Shown here one piece after another: positions 14,074 through 26,508 of a stretch of DNA of 64,000 bases. The notes below the pieces were generated by a model, which worked only from the letters and a program-made list of their open reading frames with translations, ran no database searches and had not been told where the DNA came from. How positions within the stretch are numbered: the first letter of the stretch is position 1; the number at the start of each line of letters is the position of its first letter. The position numbers were made by a program, and so were the translations under genes. This stretch comes from Octopus bimaculoides (taxonomy: Eukaryota): the NCBI RefSeq assembly GCF_001194135.2, contig NC_068981.1, forward strand, positions 187,549,840 through 187,613,839, read 5' to 3'.

Positions 14074-14761
14074 NNNNNNNNNNNNNNNNNNNNNNNNNNN
14101 NNNNNNNNNNNNNNNNNNNNNNNNNNNNNNNNNNNNNNNNNNNNNNNNNNNNNNNNNNNNNNNNNNNNNNNNNNNNNNNNNNNNNNNNNNNNNNNNNNNN
14201 NNNNNNNNNNNNNNNNNNNNNNNNNNNNNNNNNNNNNNNNNNNNNNNNNNNNNNTATATATGCATATATCCATACATATATGTACATACCTACATATATA
14301 TGTATACATACATGCATATATGGGTACAGGACATCAAAAAAACGTTAAACACAATGAGAAACGAAAACATAGAAAACGAACTATTTTTCGAACAACGAAA
14401 AAAACAAACAGAGAAACGATACATGCAATATAAAGAGTATACCCCTTCGTCAGTTGTCCCTGTTCTATCTACTCCGCGTTTCGAAGGTAAGGACAATACA
14501 CGACTTCGTTGAACCTGACCTTCCCGCAAAGCAAGTTAAATAAAACTTGGGATTTTTTGCGGAGGGTGAAAGTGTTAACAAGAACAGGACAGTGAGAACA
14601 AAATTTAGTATAAGATAAAAATTTCAGATATTTGCCTTAAACAAATCGACTCCAGAACTTATTCTTTGTAAGCCTAGTACTTATTCTATCGGTCTCTTTT
14701 GCCGAACCGCTAAGTTACGGGGGTATAAACACACCAGCATCGGTTGTCAAGCGATGATGGA

Positions 14762-14803
<42 letters not shown>

Positions 14804-15634
14804 NNNNNNNNNNNNNNNNNNNNNNNNNNNNNNNNNNNNNNNNNNNNNNNNNNNNNNNNNNNNNNNNNNNNNNNNNNNNNNNNNNNNNNNNNNNNNNNNN
14901 NNNNNNNNNNNNNNNNNNNNNNNNNNNNNNNNNNNNNNNNNNNNNNNNNNNNNNNNNNNNNNNNNNNNNNNNNNNNNNNNNNNNNNNNNNNNNNNNNNNN
15001 NNNNNNNNNNNNNNNNNNNNNNNNNNNNNNNNNNNNNNNNNNNNNNNNNNNNNNNNNNNNNNNNNNNNNNNNNNNNNNNNNNNNNNNNNNNNNNNNNNNN
15101 NNNNNNNNNNNNNNNNNNNNNNNNNNNNNNNNNNNNNNNNNNNNNNNNNNNNNNNNNNNNNNNNNNNNNNNNNNNNNNNNNNNNNNNNNNNNNNNNNNNN
15201 NNNNNNNNNNNNNNNNNNNNNNNNNNNNNNNNNNNNNNNNNNNNNNNNNNNNNNNNNNNNNNNNNNNNNNNNNNNNNNNNNNNNNNNNNNNNNNNNNNNN
15301 NNNNNNNNNNNNNNNNNNNNNNNNNNNNNNNNNNNNNNNNNNNNNNNNNNNNNNNNNNNNNNNNNNNNNNNNNNNNNNNNNNNNNNNNNNNNNNNNNNNN
15401 NNNNNNNNNNNNNNNNNNNNNNNNNNNNNNNNNNNNNNNNNNNNNNNNNNNNNNNNNNNNNNNNNNNNNNNNNNNNNNNNNNNNNNNNNNNNNNNNNNNN
15501 NNNNNNNNNNNNNNNNNNNNNNNNNNNNNNNNNNNNNNNNNNNNNNNNNNNNNNNNNNNNNNNNNNNNNNNNNNNNNNNNNNNNNNNNNNNNNNNNNNNN
15601 NNNNNNNNNNNNNNNNNNNNNNNNNNNNNNNNNN

Positions 15635-15677
<43 letters not shown>

Positions 15678-15690
15678 TATATATAAATTA

Positions 15691-16201
15691 GGGTACCGGA
15701 ATATCACTTGTTAACACTCCAAATCGACAAATTTCTCACTATTAAGAACCACACACGGTGAATGTAACGAATATCATAAAAGTAGGCCTTACCTTGTATA
15801 ATCCACAAAGCAAGAACAGATATCTTGGTATCAATTGATTTTACCTTTTGTACGTTAGTACTTAAGGACCGGTAGCCAAACTTACTGTGTTCATCTATTT
15901 TCCAAAATATTTATTTCATTACACTGTGCGCGTTTGTTCATTTGAAATTCCGCGCGACACTCAAAATCGAACATAAAGTGAGTCAGTACAATATAAAATT
16001 TAATAAAGTATTATTAGCATTATTAAAAATAACATTAATGATAAAGTGGCCAGCAAGTCTGATCTTGCTTTGTGGTTTATACAATATAAGGCCTTTTTTT
16101 TATTCTATTCGTTACATTCACCCTACGTGTTTCTTAATAGTGAAATATTTGTGGATTTAGAGTGTTAACTCCTATTTCTAGCAAGTGGTATTCCGGTACC
16201 C
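15691..16201. mobile_element. MITE with ~130-bp imperfect TIRs (GGGTACCGGAATA...)
   Basis: Left arm 15691-15820 is the reverse complement of right arm 16058-16201, apart from a 13-bp deletion in the left arm and scattered mismatches. The TSD is possibly TA (TA left, TG right). Confidence 0.75.
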
Positions 16202-16377
16202 TGATTTATTTGTTTGTATATTTTACCTATACAGGTTAAGCTTACTGGTCACTTTATTATTATTGTTATTTTTAATAATGGTAATAATATGTTATTAAAT
16301 TATACACACACACACACACACACATATATATATGGTGGTTGTCTACTCTTTATGTAGAGTTTGACCACCTCTTGTAC

Positions 16378-16990
16378 TTACACTTTAGGTCCATCATGGC
16401 GTCTGATGTGACTTTTTGAACCAAACAATGTATTGAAAAGATACCCACATAGATTGCATATCCTGTTTGAACCAGCAAGAAGTGCAAAAGAAAGGTATGG
16501 TCTGTCATAAGCTGTGCACACAAAAAGGTCACTGAGATTCACCTTCTCGATCGCAACATTCTTCTGTAAATCTATCTTGGGTCTTGCATGTGTTATTCTA
16601 GCATCCGCAAACGCTTTCACTCTACTCCACACTTTTGTTTGCCATCTAGATCGATCCAAATCAAAGCTTTCTATTGTCATTTGATTCATTCCAAGTGACT
16701 TCATGGTAGTCCTTATGCCGTCCTTAAACCTATTTTTAGGTTTACATTGATTGCATTTCCCTTCTGCAAGCTCGCCATAAAACAGCCGTTTGGGTGTGCG
16801 CTCATCCGCTATGCGAACAACATGGCCAGACCATCTCATTTGGTTTTTCAGAATCTTTGATTTAACTGAAGTGATGCCTGCAGATACAAAGACATCTGTG
16901 TGTGGAGTAAAAAAAGCCCATTTTAATGTTTAAAATACGATGATGTCATTTTTGGTGGCATCATTCTAACAATTTGAAGTGTCTTTCATA
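16378..16990 (-). mobile_element. RTE-clade LINE 3' fragment (RT C-terminus plus C2H2 zinc finger)
   Basis: ORF MRWSGHVVRIADERTPKRLFYGEL...CNLCGYLFNTLFGSKSHIRRH; upstream LKWAFFTPHTDVFVSAGITS matches the RTE consensus region. Confidence 0.88.
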
Positions 16991-17264
16991 ACGCGTTCAT
17001 GTTTCAGTAGAATACAACAGGGATGATAAGAAAAACGATTTGTAAAGAACCAATCTTGTGTTGTTTATTTGTCGTTGGTGCCAAGCGCATGATTCCAAAC
17101 CTCCAAATGAAATATATATGTATGTATATATATATATATNNNNNNNNNNNNNNNNNNNNNNNNNNNNNNNNNNNNNNNNNNNNNNNNNNNNNNNNNNNNN
17201 NNNNNNNNNNNNNNNNNNNNNNNNNNNNNNNNNNNNNNNNNNNNNNNNTATATATACATATAAT

Positions 17265-17705
17265 AATAATAAATCTCTGAACAAGGTATAAACAATAGCT
17301 GCACGACAACGTGAAGTATATTTGCCTCTTAAATGTGGCCAGCCACTAGGGGTGGATGTAACTGCTTATACCTCGTTCAGAGATTTATTATTGCTTGTTA
17401 ACACTTTTTCGAGATCAGTGACTTTTCGTCACTGGAAAAAGGATATATGTATTTGCATTGAGACCCCTTCGTATCGAAGACCGGTGATTGTCGTGCGCTG
17501 ACGATGGATAAATACTCAGAAACCCGGGTCCGTGCGTATCACGTCAGGTCGACGATGGGAAGGATGGCTTCCCTTTGCAAATACTGATAGAGCACAGAAA
17601 GTGTGTCAATAGCCAGCTGGAGGAGGTGTTCTCCTGGAGCTACAAGCTACAGTAGCATCCGCCCTTAGTGGTTAGCCACATTTAAGTGGCAAATATACTT
17701 CTCGT
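17265..17705. mobile_element. Small non-coding element with interlocked inverted repeats (A-B-A'-spacer-B')
   Basis: A 17265-17291 pairs with A' 17366-17392 (27 bp, 1 mismatch). B 17309-17358 pairs with B' 17656-17705 (50 bp, 6 mismatches). TA-rich tracts flank both sides. Confidence 0.6.
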
Positions 17706-17739
17706 ATATATATATATATATATAATGGACTCTCCTGTC

Positions 17740-18008
17740 GTTAAACGATGTATGAGAGTTCGACAATCTCTTACCGAACAGCCACACAGATGATTTGTCT
17801 ATAGTGATCAAATGTTTGTGTAGACATAAGCTCCCTCCCTCCATCAGATCGACATTACTTGTACAGGTGCCACATGTCAGATGACGAAATAGTCGCAGAG
17901 TAACGTGAAGTTAAGTGTTTTGCTTTACAACATAACGCAACGCCCGGTTTGGGAATGGAACCCACGACCTCGCAATCGTGAGTGCAACACCTTAACCACT
18001 AAACCATA
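17740..18008 (-). mobile_element. tRNA-headed SINE with CORE-like central domain
   Basis: Minus strand has tggtttagtggttaagg...gggttccattcccaaacc A/B boxes followed by gttatgttgtaaagcaaaacacttaacttcacgttactc. Confidence 0.6.
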
Positions 18009-18185
18009 TGTTTGTATGTATGTATATTAAAAGTGATGCTGCGACTTTATTTCTCGAATTTCACACCGCTCCTTTCTTTAGGCGAAATTCCCGTTACAAG
18101 ACAAACTCTCAGCCTCAGTGTTAACAAGAAGCCATATCCTCTGCAGCATGTATTGAGCACTCTTTACCCATTCCTTCGACAATAA

Positions 18186-18186
18186 A

Positions 18187-18241
<55 letters not shown>

Positions 18242-18245
18242 CTTG

Positions 18246-18322
<77 letters not shown>
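18186..18322. repeat. (TATC)n microsatellite
   Basis: Tandem tatc units; similar arrays lie at ~21504-21580 and ~38535-38615. Confidence 0.95.
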
Positions 18323-18714
18323 ACGCGCGCGCATGTGTTTGTATGTGTCTCAAAGAATTTTCATTAAAACATTATTATAAGTTTTATACTGTGTTTACTT
18401 ACACACCATCATAAAGTACGCCCCACCTTTCCGTTTGCGAAGCACAGCAATAAAAAATAAATATGCCTCTCTGTTTCCCAACTAAATTTCTGACATCCTC
18501 CTCGTTGATTAATGAAACAGCTTCGAGAGTAAAAAACAAAGAATGTTTACTAAACTAGTGAAGCAGAGATCTTAATCACGTAAAATATCTCAAAATTGAA
18601 GTGTATGAAAGCAGAAGGTAGATACATTGATAATTGTTAGTTTGCCTGAAGACGTCAGATATGCAGTTAGTTGTGTTTACCCCCACTTCTCTCCCTCTTT
18701 CAGTCTGTCTATGT

Positions 18715-18790
<76 letters not shown>

Positions 18791-19334
18791 NNNNNNNNNN
18801 NNNNNNNNNNNNNNNNNNNNNNNNNNNNNNNNNNNNNNNNNNNNNNNNNNNNNNNNNNNNNNNNNNNNNNNNNNNNNNNNNNNNNNNNNNNNNNNNNNNN
18901 NNNNNNNNNNNNNNNNNNNNNNNNNNNNNNNNNNNNNNNNNNNNNNNNNNNNNNNNNNNNNNNNNNNNNNNNNNNNNNNNNNNNNNNNNNNNNNNNNNNN
19001 NNNNNNNNNNNNNNNNNNNNNNNNNNNNNNNNNNNNNNNNNNNNNNNNNNNNNNNNNNNNNNNNNNNNNNNNNNNNNNNNNNNNNNNNNNNNNNNNNNNN
19101 NNNNNNNNNNNNNNNNNNNNNNNNNNNNNNNNNNNNNNNNNNNNNNNNNNNNNNNNNNNNNNNNNNNNNNNNNNNNNNNNNNNNNNNNNNNNNNNNNNNN
19201 NNNNNNNNNNNNNNNNNNNNNNNNNNNNNNNNNNNNNNNNNNNNNNNNNNNNNNNNNNNNNNNNNNNNNNNNNAAAAAACGAATGTGTGGACGTGCAAAA
19301 GAAATGTATTTGCTTGATACGTGGTGAAAGGAGA

Positions 19335-19370
19335 GTTAAACGTTTCGAGCATAGCTCTTCGTCTGAAAGG
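19335..19370 (-). ncRNA. Decayed minimal hammerhead-like motif in a PLE-terminus-like repeat
   Basis: Minus strand CCUUU CAGACGA A GAGC UAU GCUC GAAA CGUU UAAC: perfect stem II and palindromic stem III, but U4A in the core and a disrupted stem I. Confidence 0.4.
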
Positions 19371-19580
19371 AGAAAGGGAAAAGTCCAAAGATGGAGAAGA
19401 AATCGTCAGTGGTGAAGTATATGTATACGTATATATATGAAAAATAAGAACCCACACTGGTTTATATTAAAGTTTCTACGCGCATTTCACCTTTATTATG
19501 GTTGTTTGGAGCTCTGCACTAGATGTTCCAAATGCATAGATATATTCAACTAAATTTGGATCCTCAGGGAAGTCTTTGTT

Positions 19581-19658
<78 letters not shown>

Positions 19659-19706
19659 GCACATATACACACACACATGTGTGCATCTATGCGTGCATAT
19701 ATGTAT

Positions 19707-21350
19707 ATACTGGGTGTTCCGGCTAAATTTGGCTGTTTGCATACAAGGAAAAATATCTCAGCCCAGAAGAGTAGTTTAAAAGATTAAAAAAAAGATGCTA
19801 GCAAGATTATGCCTGGGAGATAACAATTATCTCAAAGTAGCCATCTTGGATCCCATCATGGCTTCAAGGCATCTCCTGAACCACTTGGTGCATGCGTTCC
19901 ACACAGTGTTTCTGGGAAGATCTCGTTGATCATGGCAACCAGTTCGATCTTCGAGTTTCAGGCAGAGTGATTGGTGTCCTTCTAAACCGCGCCTCACACT
20001 TAGAATTCAATGGCGTTGCAATCGAGGGAAGTAAGATGCCCGAAATTGGAACTGGTGAAGTTGTAGAAATTCATCGACAGTCCGTTCTGACCCTTTCCGG
20101 AAGGATGGCAAGGAGCCGAATCCTGCTGCCACACAAATGCTCTTGCAGCAGCAACTCTCTCTAAGCAGGGAGTAACCACAATCCCCAGCAACTTCACAGT
20201 GCTGTCTGAATGGAGCCTGAGGTCACCTTCAAAGACTTCGGATATCATGATATCACCCTCACTGGAGACACACTCAAAGGTCATCACAGTTTGGGAGAAC
20301 TTTGGTTTTTCATGATACGTGGGAAATCATATAAATTGTGTGGAGGCGCAATGGCCCAGTGGTTAGGGCAGCGGACTCGCGGTTATAGGATTGCGGTTTC
20401 GATTCCCAGACCGGGCGTTGTGAGTGTTTATTGAGCGAAAACACCTAAAGCTCCACGAGGCTCCGGCAGGGGATGGTGGCGAACCCTGCTGTACTCTTTC
20501 ACCACAATTTTCTCTCACTCTTACTTCCTGTTTCTGTTGTGCCTGTAATTCAAAGGGTCAGCTTTGTCATACTGTCACGCTGAATATCCCCGAGAACTAC
20601 GTTAAGGGTACACGTGTCTGTGGAGTGCTCAGCCACTTGCACGTTAATTTCACGAGCAGGCTGTTCCGTTGATTGGATCAACTGGAACCCTCGTCGTCGT
20701 AAGCGACGGAGTGCCAGCATATAAAGTGTAGGCAAGCCGCCCGTTGTTGTGAGTGTTATGCAAATGGTTCTCTCAGAAGTTTGTTTTCATCTGAGAAGAA
20801 CCAGAGCATCTCCGGTTCAACAGGATACATCGTCTTGTTCAAGAACTTCTTCGCTGTCAGAATTTGACACTTGTTCCTCTTGTACGAATGGTAGCTAAGG
20901 TCTCACTTAGGGCCAGCTTTACGGGGGGAAATCCAGCACCCATCTGTCTCACCGCGGCGGCCCGGATACCTTTGCTTAGATCTTTCATCACATTGCCCTG
21001 TTGGAAGGAGCAGATGCAGTCAGAAATCCTGCTGTGTCCTTTCCTACTGGGTGCGATTTGTTAGTCTCCGTTGCAGTTGTCCATAACAAGTCTTACTGTC
21101 TTTACAGTGTTCATAGAGGATTGAGCAACAATCATGATGTTAGCACTTTGATTGGAGCAAATCATCATGATAGAGGTAACTCTTTCCAAATATTCAGCCC
21201 TCCATATCATCTAAATTGTTCTCAACTACAACTTTAATCTTCATGCTCTCCAAGGCCATTGAATGTTCACCAATACATCAAGCTACTCCTAAAAATAGGA
21301 GAAATTAAAAAATAATCGTCAAATTTAGTACGAATTTCCTGAACACATTT
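19707..21350 (-). mobile_element. Tc1/mariner DD37D-type transposon relic, interrupted by a SINE
   Basis: Minus-strand frames give LWFFSDEN (first D) and VWQQDSAPCH (second D). There are 37 residues to the third acidic position (SLDCNAIEF, consensus SPDCNPLDY). Many stops. Imperfect TIRs: ctgggtgttccggctaaatttggc and gtcaaatttag...ctgaacac. Confidence 0.85.
20336..20717 (+). mobile_element. tRNA-headed SINE, family S3
   Basis: A box TGGCCCAGTGG and B box GTTTCGATTCC; 8-bp TSD CATATAAA at 20328-20335 and 20718-20725. It splits the transposase between the first and second D. Confidence 0.9.
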
Positions 21351-21351
21351 C

Positions 21352-21428
21352 AGCTGCGTGGAAGTGGACACGTAGCGTGTATGCCCGACTCCAGAGTCCC
21401 CAAGCAGATCTTCTTTAGTGAGCTAGCA
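21352..21428 (+). mobile_element. Short RTE LINE fragment
   Basis: Translates QLRGSGHVACMPDSRVPKQIFFSELA, matching the RTE LRWxGHVxRMxDxRxPK motif. Confidence 0.7.
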
Positions 21429-21501
21429 GTCCTGAGGTCGATTCATTGGACTAAAATCCTTCAAGGTGGTGCCCCAGCATGGACTCAGTAAAAGAAACGG
21501 A

Positions 21502-21580
<79 letters not shown>

Positions 21581-22264
21581 AAAATATTAATATAAAAACC
21601 AAGAGAGAAGATAGAGATAAGATTAATAAAAGTTTATTAATACATTGACAAGACCAGACCTACAATTATTTCAATTCATCACTTTCAGCATAAAAACAAA
21701 AAAAATTAATTTAACTAAATCAATTTAGTTAATTACTACAAGTGAGAATATCTGCAGGGAAGGACTCACAAAGATATTTGTCATATTTGAAACATAATGA
21801 AAACATTAAAAGGAAGAAAACAGTGTACCATTAAAGTTAAGAATATATACATTAATATAAATGGACACAATTATAAAAAGAAGTTATAGTCATAAATAAA
21901 TATAAATAACAATGATAATAATGCAGACATATCCATGCAAAAATATGAATAATGGTGATAGGTAAAAGAAAAACAATAGGCCGGTTATAAAATTATGGGA
22001 GAAGAGAAGTGAAATAATTAGGTATTCCATATAAACATATATACACACATGCGCATATCCATGTAACACACTCACATACACATACATACATATACATACA
22101 TATACAAATAAACTAAAAAAAATGTGTTTATTTTGAGAAGTCCAGTGTGTGGCATTATTATTCTATAGTAATGCCCCTTATATAAATATATACATACATA
22201 TATATATACACATACACACACACACACATATATATATACACACACATACACAAATACAAGACTA

Positions 22265-22285
22265 AGCATGGTTAAATTACTTTGA

Positions 22286-22327
<42 letters not shown>

Positions 22328-22348
22328 TCGAAGTAATTTAACCATGCT
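22265..22348. repeat. Near-perfect palindrome centred on (TA)n
   Basis: AGCATGGTTAAATTACTTTGATCTGT-(TA)n-ACAGATCGAAGTAATTTAACCATGCT, with one T/C difference in the unique part of the arms. Confidence 0.9.
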
Positions 22349-23284
22349 CGTCTCCATGACCGAACTGCAGTCGTGGATCAAAAAGAGGACAAGGAAGGGC
22401 GAATGGCACCGCGAGTGTCGCGTTGCTCACAAGCAACTATTGCCGTCTCGAGTCGATCTTGAGCGACTTCAACACAACCAAAGCATTCTATAGGGGATTA
22501 GTAGAGGGGAGGTACGACGACGATCTCGGGGCGAACCTGGGTATCGACGGGGAATACCTGACCTGCCTGTTCAAGACGACTTTCGGGCCGGGACCTATGG
22601 ACAACTTCCAGAGATCCCTGGCCTGCAGTGCTATCGAGAAGCGCTACCCTTTCGGGATAAGCTCCACATGCATGGCTCGAGAAACACGGGGCCGACCTGT
22701 CCGAGAAGCGGTCGGAGCGACGAAACCGTTCTGCACGCACTCGTACAGTGTCCAACCATTTCCGACTTGTGGACATATGTCGAACGACTGCTATCGCGTG
22801 TGGGACGAGTCAGTTTATCAACCGAGTCTATCGTGAATATTGTCGCGCCTCCTTCCTTGAAACGGGAGGGAAGAGCCATTTTCATCGCACTTATGGCTAT
22901 GGCGAAGGAATATGTATGATGAACGCGTCTGAAAAAGGTCTAGAGACAAACACTTTCCTCTCTAGTCAATCTCTCATCAACTTCTTCAAGTATCACTTGA
23001 AGAGGAAGGCGAGAGTAGAGAGGAAAGTTTTTAGTGAATGTTTCAAAAAAAGATGGGTGAATGTAGCAAGGATGGCACGTGTGAATGACGGAGCCAGCTT
23101 GAGCATGATCCTATGAACCAGAAAAAGAAAGGAAAAAACTGTAATGTGTTTTTGTGCATGACAGTATTGCTCAAGATTCCCGTGGTCTTTTCCGAAGGCT
23201 TTTCTTTCCACGGATAAACCTAATCTGTTTTCCCTATTTACATTGACATTTCTGTGATACACTATCCCTATTGATGTTTTTTTT
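22325..23284 (+). mobile_element. Tx1/L1-clade LINE 3' fragment (zf-RVT region plus 3' UTR)
   Basis: Frameshift-joined frames give ...FQRSLA(W)QCYREALP...TCPRSGRSDETVLHALVQCPTISDLW..., a CCHC zf-RVT-like motif. The last frame ends at 23116, followed by a short 3' UTR running into an N-gap. Confidence 0.8.
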
Positions 23285-23615
23285 NNNNNNNNNNNNNNNN
23301 NNNNNNNNNNNNNNNNNNNNNNNNNNNNNNNNNNNNNNNNNNNNNNNNNNNNNNNNNNNNNNNNNNNNNNNNNNNNNNNNNNNNNNNNNNNNNNNNNNNN
23401 NNNNNNNNNNNNNNNNNNNNNNNNNNNNNNNNNNNNNNNNNNNNNNNNNNNNNNNNNNNNNNNNNNNNNNNNNNNNNNNNNNNNNNNNNNNNNNNNNNNN
23501 NNNNNNNNNNNNNNNNNNNNNNNNNNNNNNNNNNNNNNNNNNNNNNNNNNNNNNNNNNNNNNNNNNNNNNNNNNNNNNNNNNNNNNNNNNNNNNNNNNNN
23601 NNNNNNNNNNNNNNN

Positions 23616-23661
<46 letters not shown>

Positions 23662-23687
23662 GTGTGCGTGTGTGTGTGTGTGTGTGC

Positions 23688-23718
<31 letters not shown>

Positions 23719-24367
23719 TCTGTGTGTATATGTGTGTATACATATGTGTGTGTATGCATGCATGTATTTCCACCCTGGAGGCATGGAAGATGAACTTGAC
23801 CCGTGGTTATTTGAACTCAGGACAAAGTTAACCGAGAGAAATACTGTATGAAAAGTTTTCCGATGCTCTGACAATTTTGCTAATCCACCAACGAATGAGC
23901 AAAAAATAATAATAAAATCAGCGGCACAATGGTAGATTCACTGTACATATTAAAACCTAAGCACTCTTGTATGATAATATATATATATTATAATATCACA
24001 CGCACACGCACATGTATACACACATGTGTGTGTATATGTGCATGTGTGTGTATATGTTCATGTGTGTGTATCGGTGTGCATGCATGTAGTTGTGGCTCTT
24101 TGGCGTGCATGTATCTGATTTTAAAAGTGAGACAGTGGGAATATCATGATTTAAGCACATATAAAATAGTAAAAAAGTTAAAGGATTTTGTGGAATTTAG
24201 TCACGTTCGAATAAAGTACAGAAAAATCTATGATGGAAAACGCGAAAGGTCTTTTGCTTTTTAATGCAAGTTATTCTTTTCTTTGTGCATAAATATGGTT
24301 AGAATAATATGTAAAGAGGAGCAACAGATATAGTGTACCGTATCCATTATAAAAGAACTAAGATTTT

Positions 24368-24402
<35 letters not shown>

Positions 24403-24474
24403 ATTTAATGTACACTGTGTAAAGTGAAGAGCTAATTTTTTGTTGAGCTTACTTTAACGTAATTATATATATAT

Positions 24475-24525
<51 letters not shown>

Positions 24526-26420
24526 NNNNNNNNNNNNNNNNNNNNNNNNNNNNNNNNNNNNNNNNNNNNNNNNNNNNNNNNNNNNNNNNNNNNNNNNNNN
24601 NNNNNNNNNNNNNNNNNNNNNNNNNNNNNNNNNNNNNNNNNNNNNNNNNNNNNNNNNNNNNNNNNNNNNNNNNNNNNNNNNNNNNNNNNNNNNNNNNNNN
24701 NNNNNNNNNNNNNNNNNNNNNNNNNNNNNNNNNNNNNNNNNNNNNNNNNNNNNNNNNNNNNNNNNNNNNNNNNNNNNNNNNNNNNNNNNNNNNNNNNNNN
24801 NNNNNNNNNNNNNNNNNNNNNNNNNNNNNNNNNNNNNNNNNNNNNNNNNNNNNNNNNNNNNNNNNNNNNNNNNNNNNNNNNNNNNNNNNNNNNNNNNNNN
24901 NNNNNNNNNNNNNNNNNNNNNNNNNNNNNNNNNNNNNNNNNNNNNNNNNNNNNNNNNNNNNNNNNNNNNNNNNNNNNNNNNNNNNNNNNNNNNNNNNNNN
25001 NNNNNNNNNNNNNNNNNNNNNNNNNNNNNNNNNNNNNNNNNNNNNNNNNNNNNNNNNNNNNNATATATATATATATATATATATCATACCATGTTAGTCA
25101 GATAGTTTTCAAACTATTGAAATAATTACAAATCAACTATTAAATTCAAAGGAGGTTATAAAATTATGTTTCGCGTGTGTCACTTTCTTTTATTCGTAAC
25201 ATTTGTCCTGAGCAAATAGAAATAACGGTTGAATGTAATTTGATAGTAAATAGCTACGCACAACAAAAGTTTGTTCTAACAGTTTTCATGTTTTATGTTT
25301 ACGATATGTGATAAAAGTCATTTTGCTTAAAGTGTCTGGTTGAAATCTCTATAATATATCGATTTAAATTCTACGCTTCTCTTTGCAACAATTTCTTTCC
25401 TATTTTGTACATAATTTTTGGCTACTGTTTATCATAGAATACGTAGTTAGTGTTTGCTTTCGTTTTTAATTCCTCTATTTATCAGATAAACACCGTCAGG
25501 GAAATGATTCTAGAGATCTGTTGAGATGATAAGTTCGAAAATGCTGAATTAGTCGGATGTTTACAAATAACGAGTTCTACATAAGCCGAATTTTAAAAAA
25601 AACATAGCATTCAACATAATATTGCCAGTGTTATCTGGTAAGTTCATGGATTGAACCAATAACATTATAGGAAGCTTTTAGAATGATTTCCAGTTAATTA
25701 TTCTCTATATATTTCTTTCAAGTAAATTATATTTTCCATTTATTACATATTAACGAGTATGGCGGTGACTAGGTAGAATCGTTTGAGCAGCGAGAGAATG
25801 TCTTATGGTTCTTATTTAGAGTCATCTACATTCTGAGTTCAAAATATGCCGAGGTTAACTTTTCTTTTCTCCTTCTTGGTCGATATTATGAATAACCAGT
25901 GAAGTATTGGAATCGACTTCCTCCGAAAGTGTGGCTTTGTGCAAATATTCTTTTCTACTCTTGGGACACGGTCCGAAATTTTGGGGGAAGGGACCAGTCG
26001 CTTAGATCGACCCCAGTACGCAACTAGTACTTATTTAATCGACCCCCGAAGGGATAAGAGGTAAAGTCGACCTCGGCGTAATTTGAACTCAGAACATAAA
26101 GACAGACGAAATACAGCTAAGCATTTCATCCGGCGTGCTAACGTTTCTGCCAGCTCGCCATCTATTATGCTGTGTTTTTTTAAGACTAGAAATTTTAACT
26201 TCTTTGTAATGAATAAGCAAAATGAACGCAATCAATAGACTGCGACCATGCTGGAGCACTGCCTCGAAGGATTTAGTTGAGTGGATTGACCCTAGTACTT
26301 GTTTTTTTTTGAAACCTGCCAATTATTCTCTTTTGTCTAACCGCTAAGTTACAGGAACGTTAACATACCAACATCAGTTGTCAAGCGGTGGTGGAAGACA
26401 CAGATAGAACAACATACACA

Positions 26421-26508
<88 letters not shown>

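Noticed and set aside
14430-14500. GAAAC...CTGACGA in permuted order on the minus strand (type II hammerhead candidate)
   Set aside because: Stem I cannot form, and the flanking pairing sequesters core bases.
20336-20415. tRNA-like sequence (also ~36805-36888 and other SINE heads)
   Set aside because: A/B boxes are present but there is no proper cloverleaf or acceptor stem; these are SINE heads, some within TSD-bounded elements.
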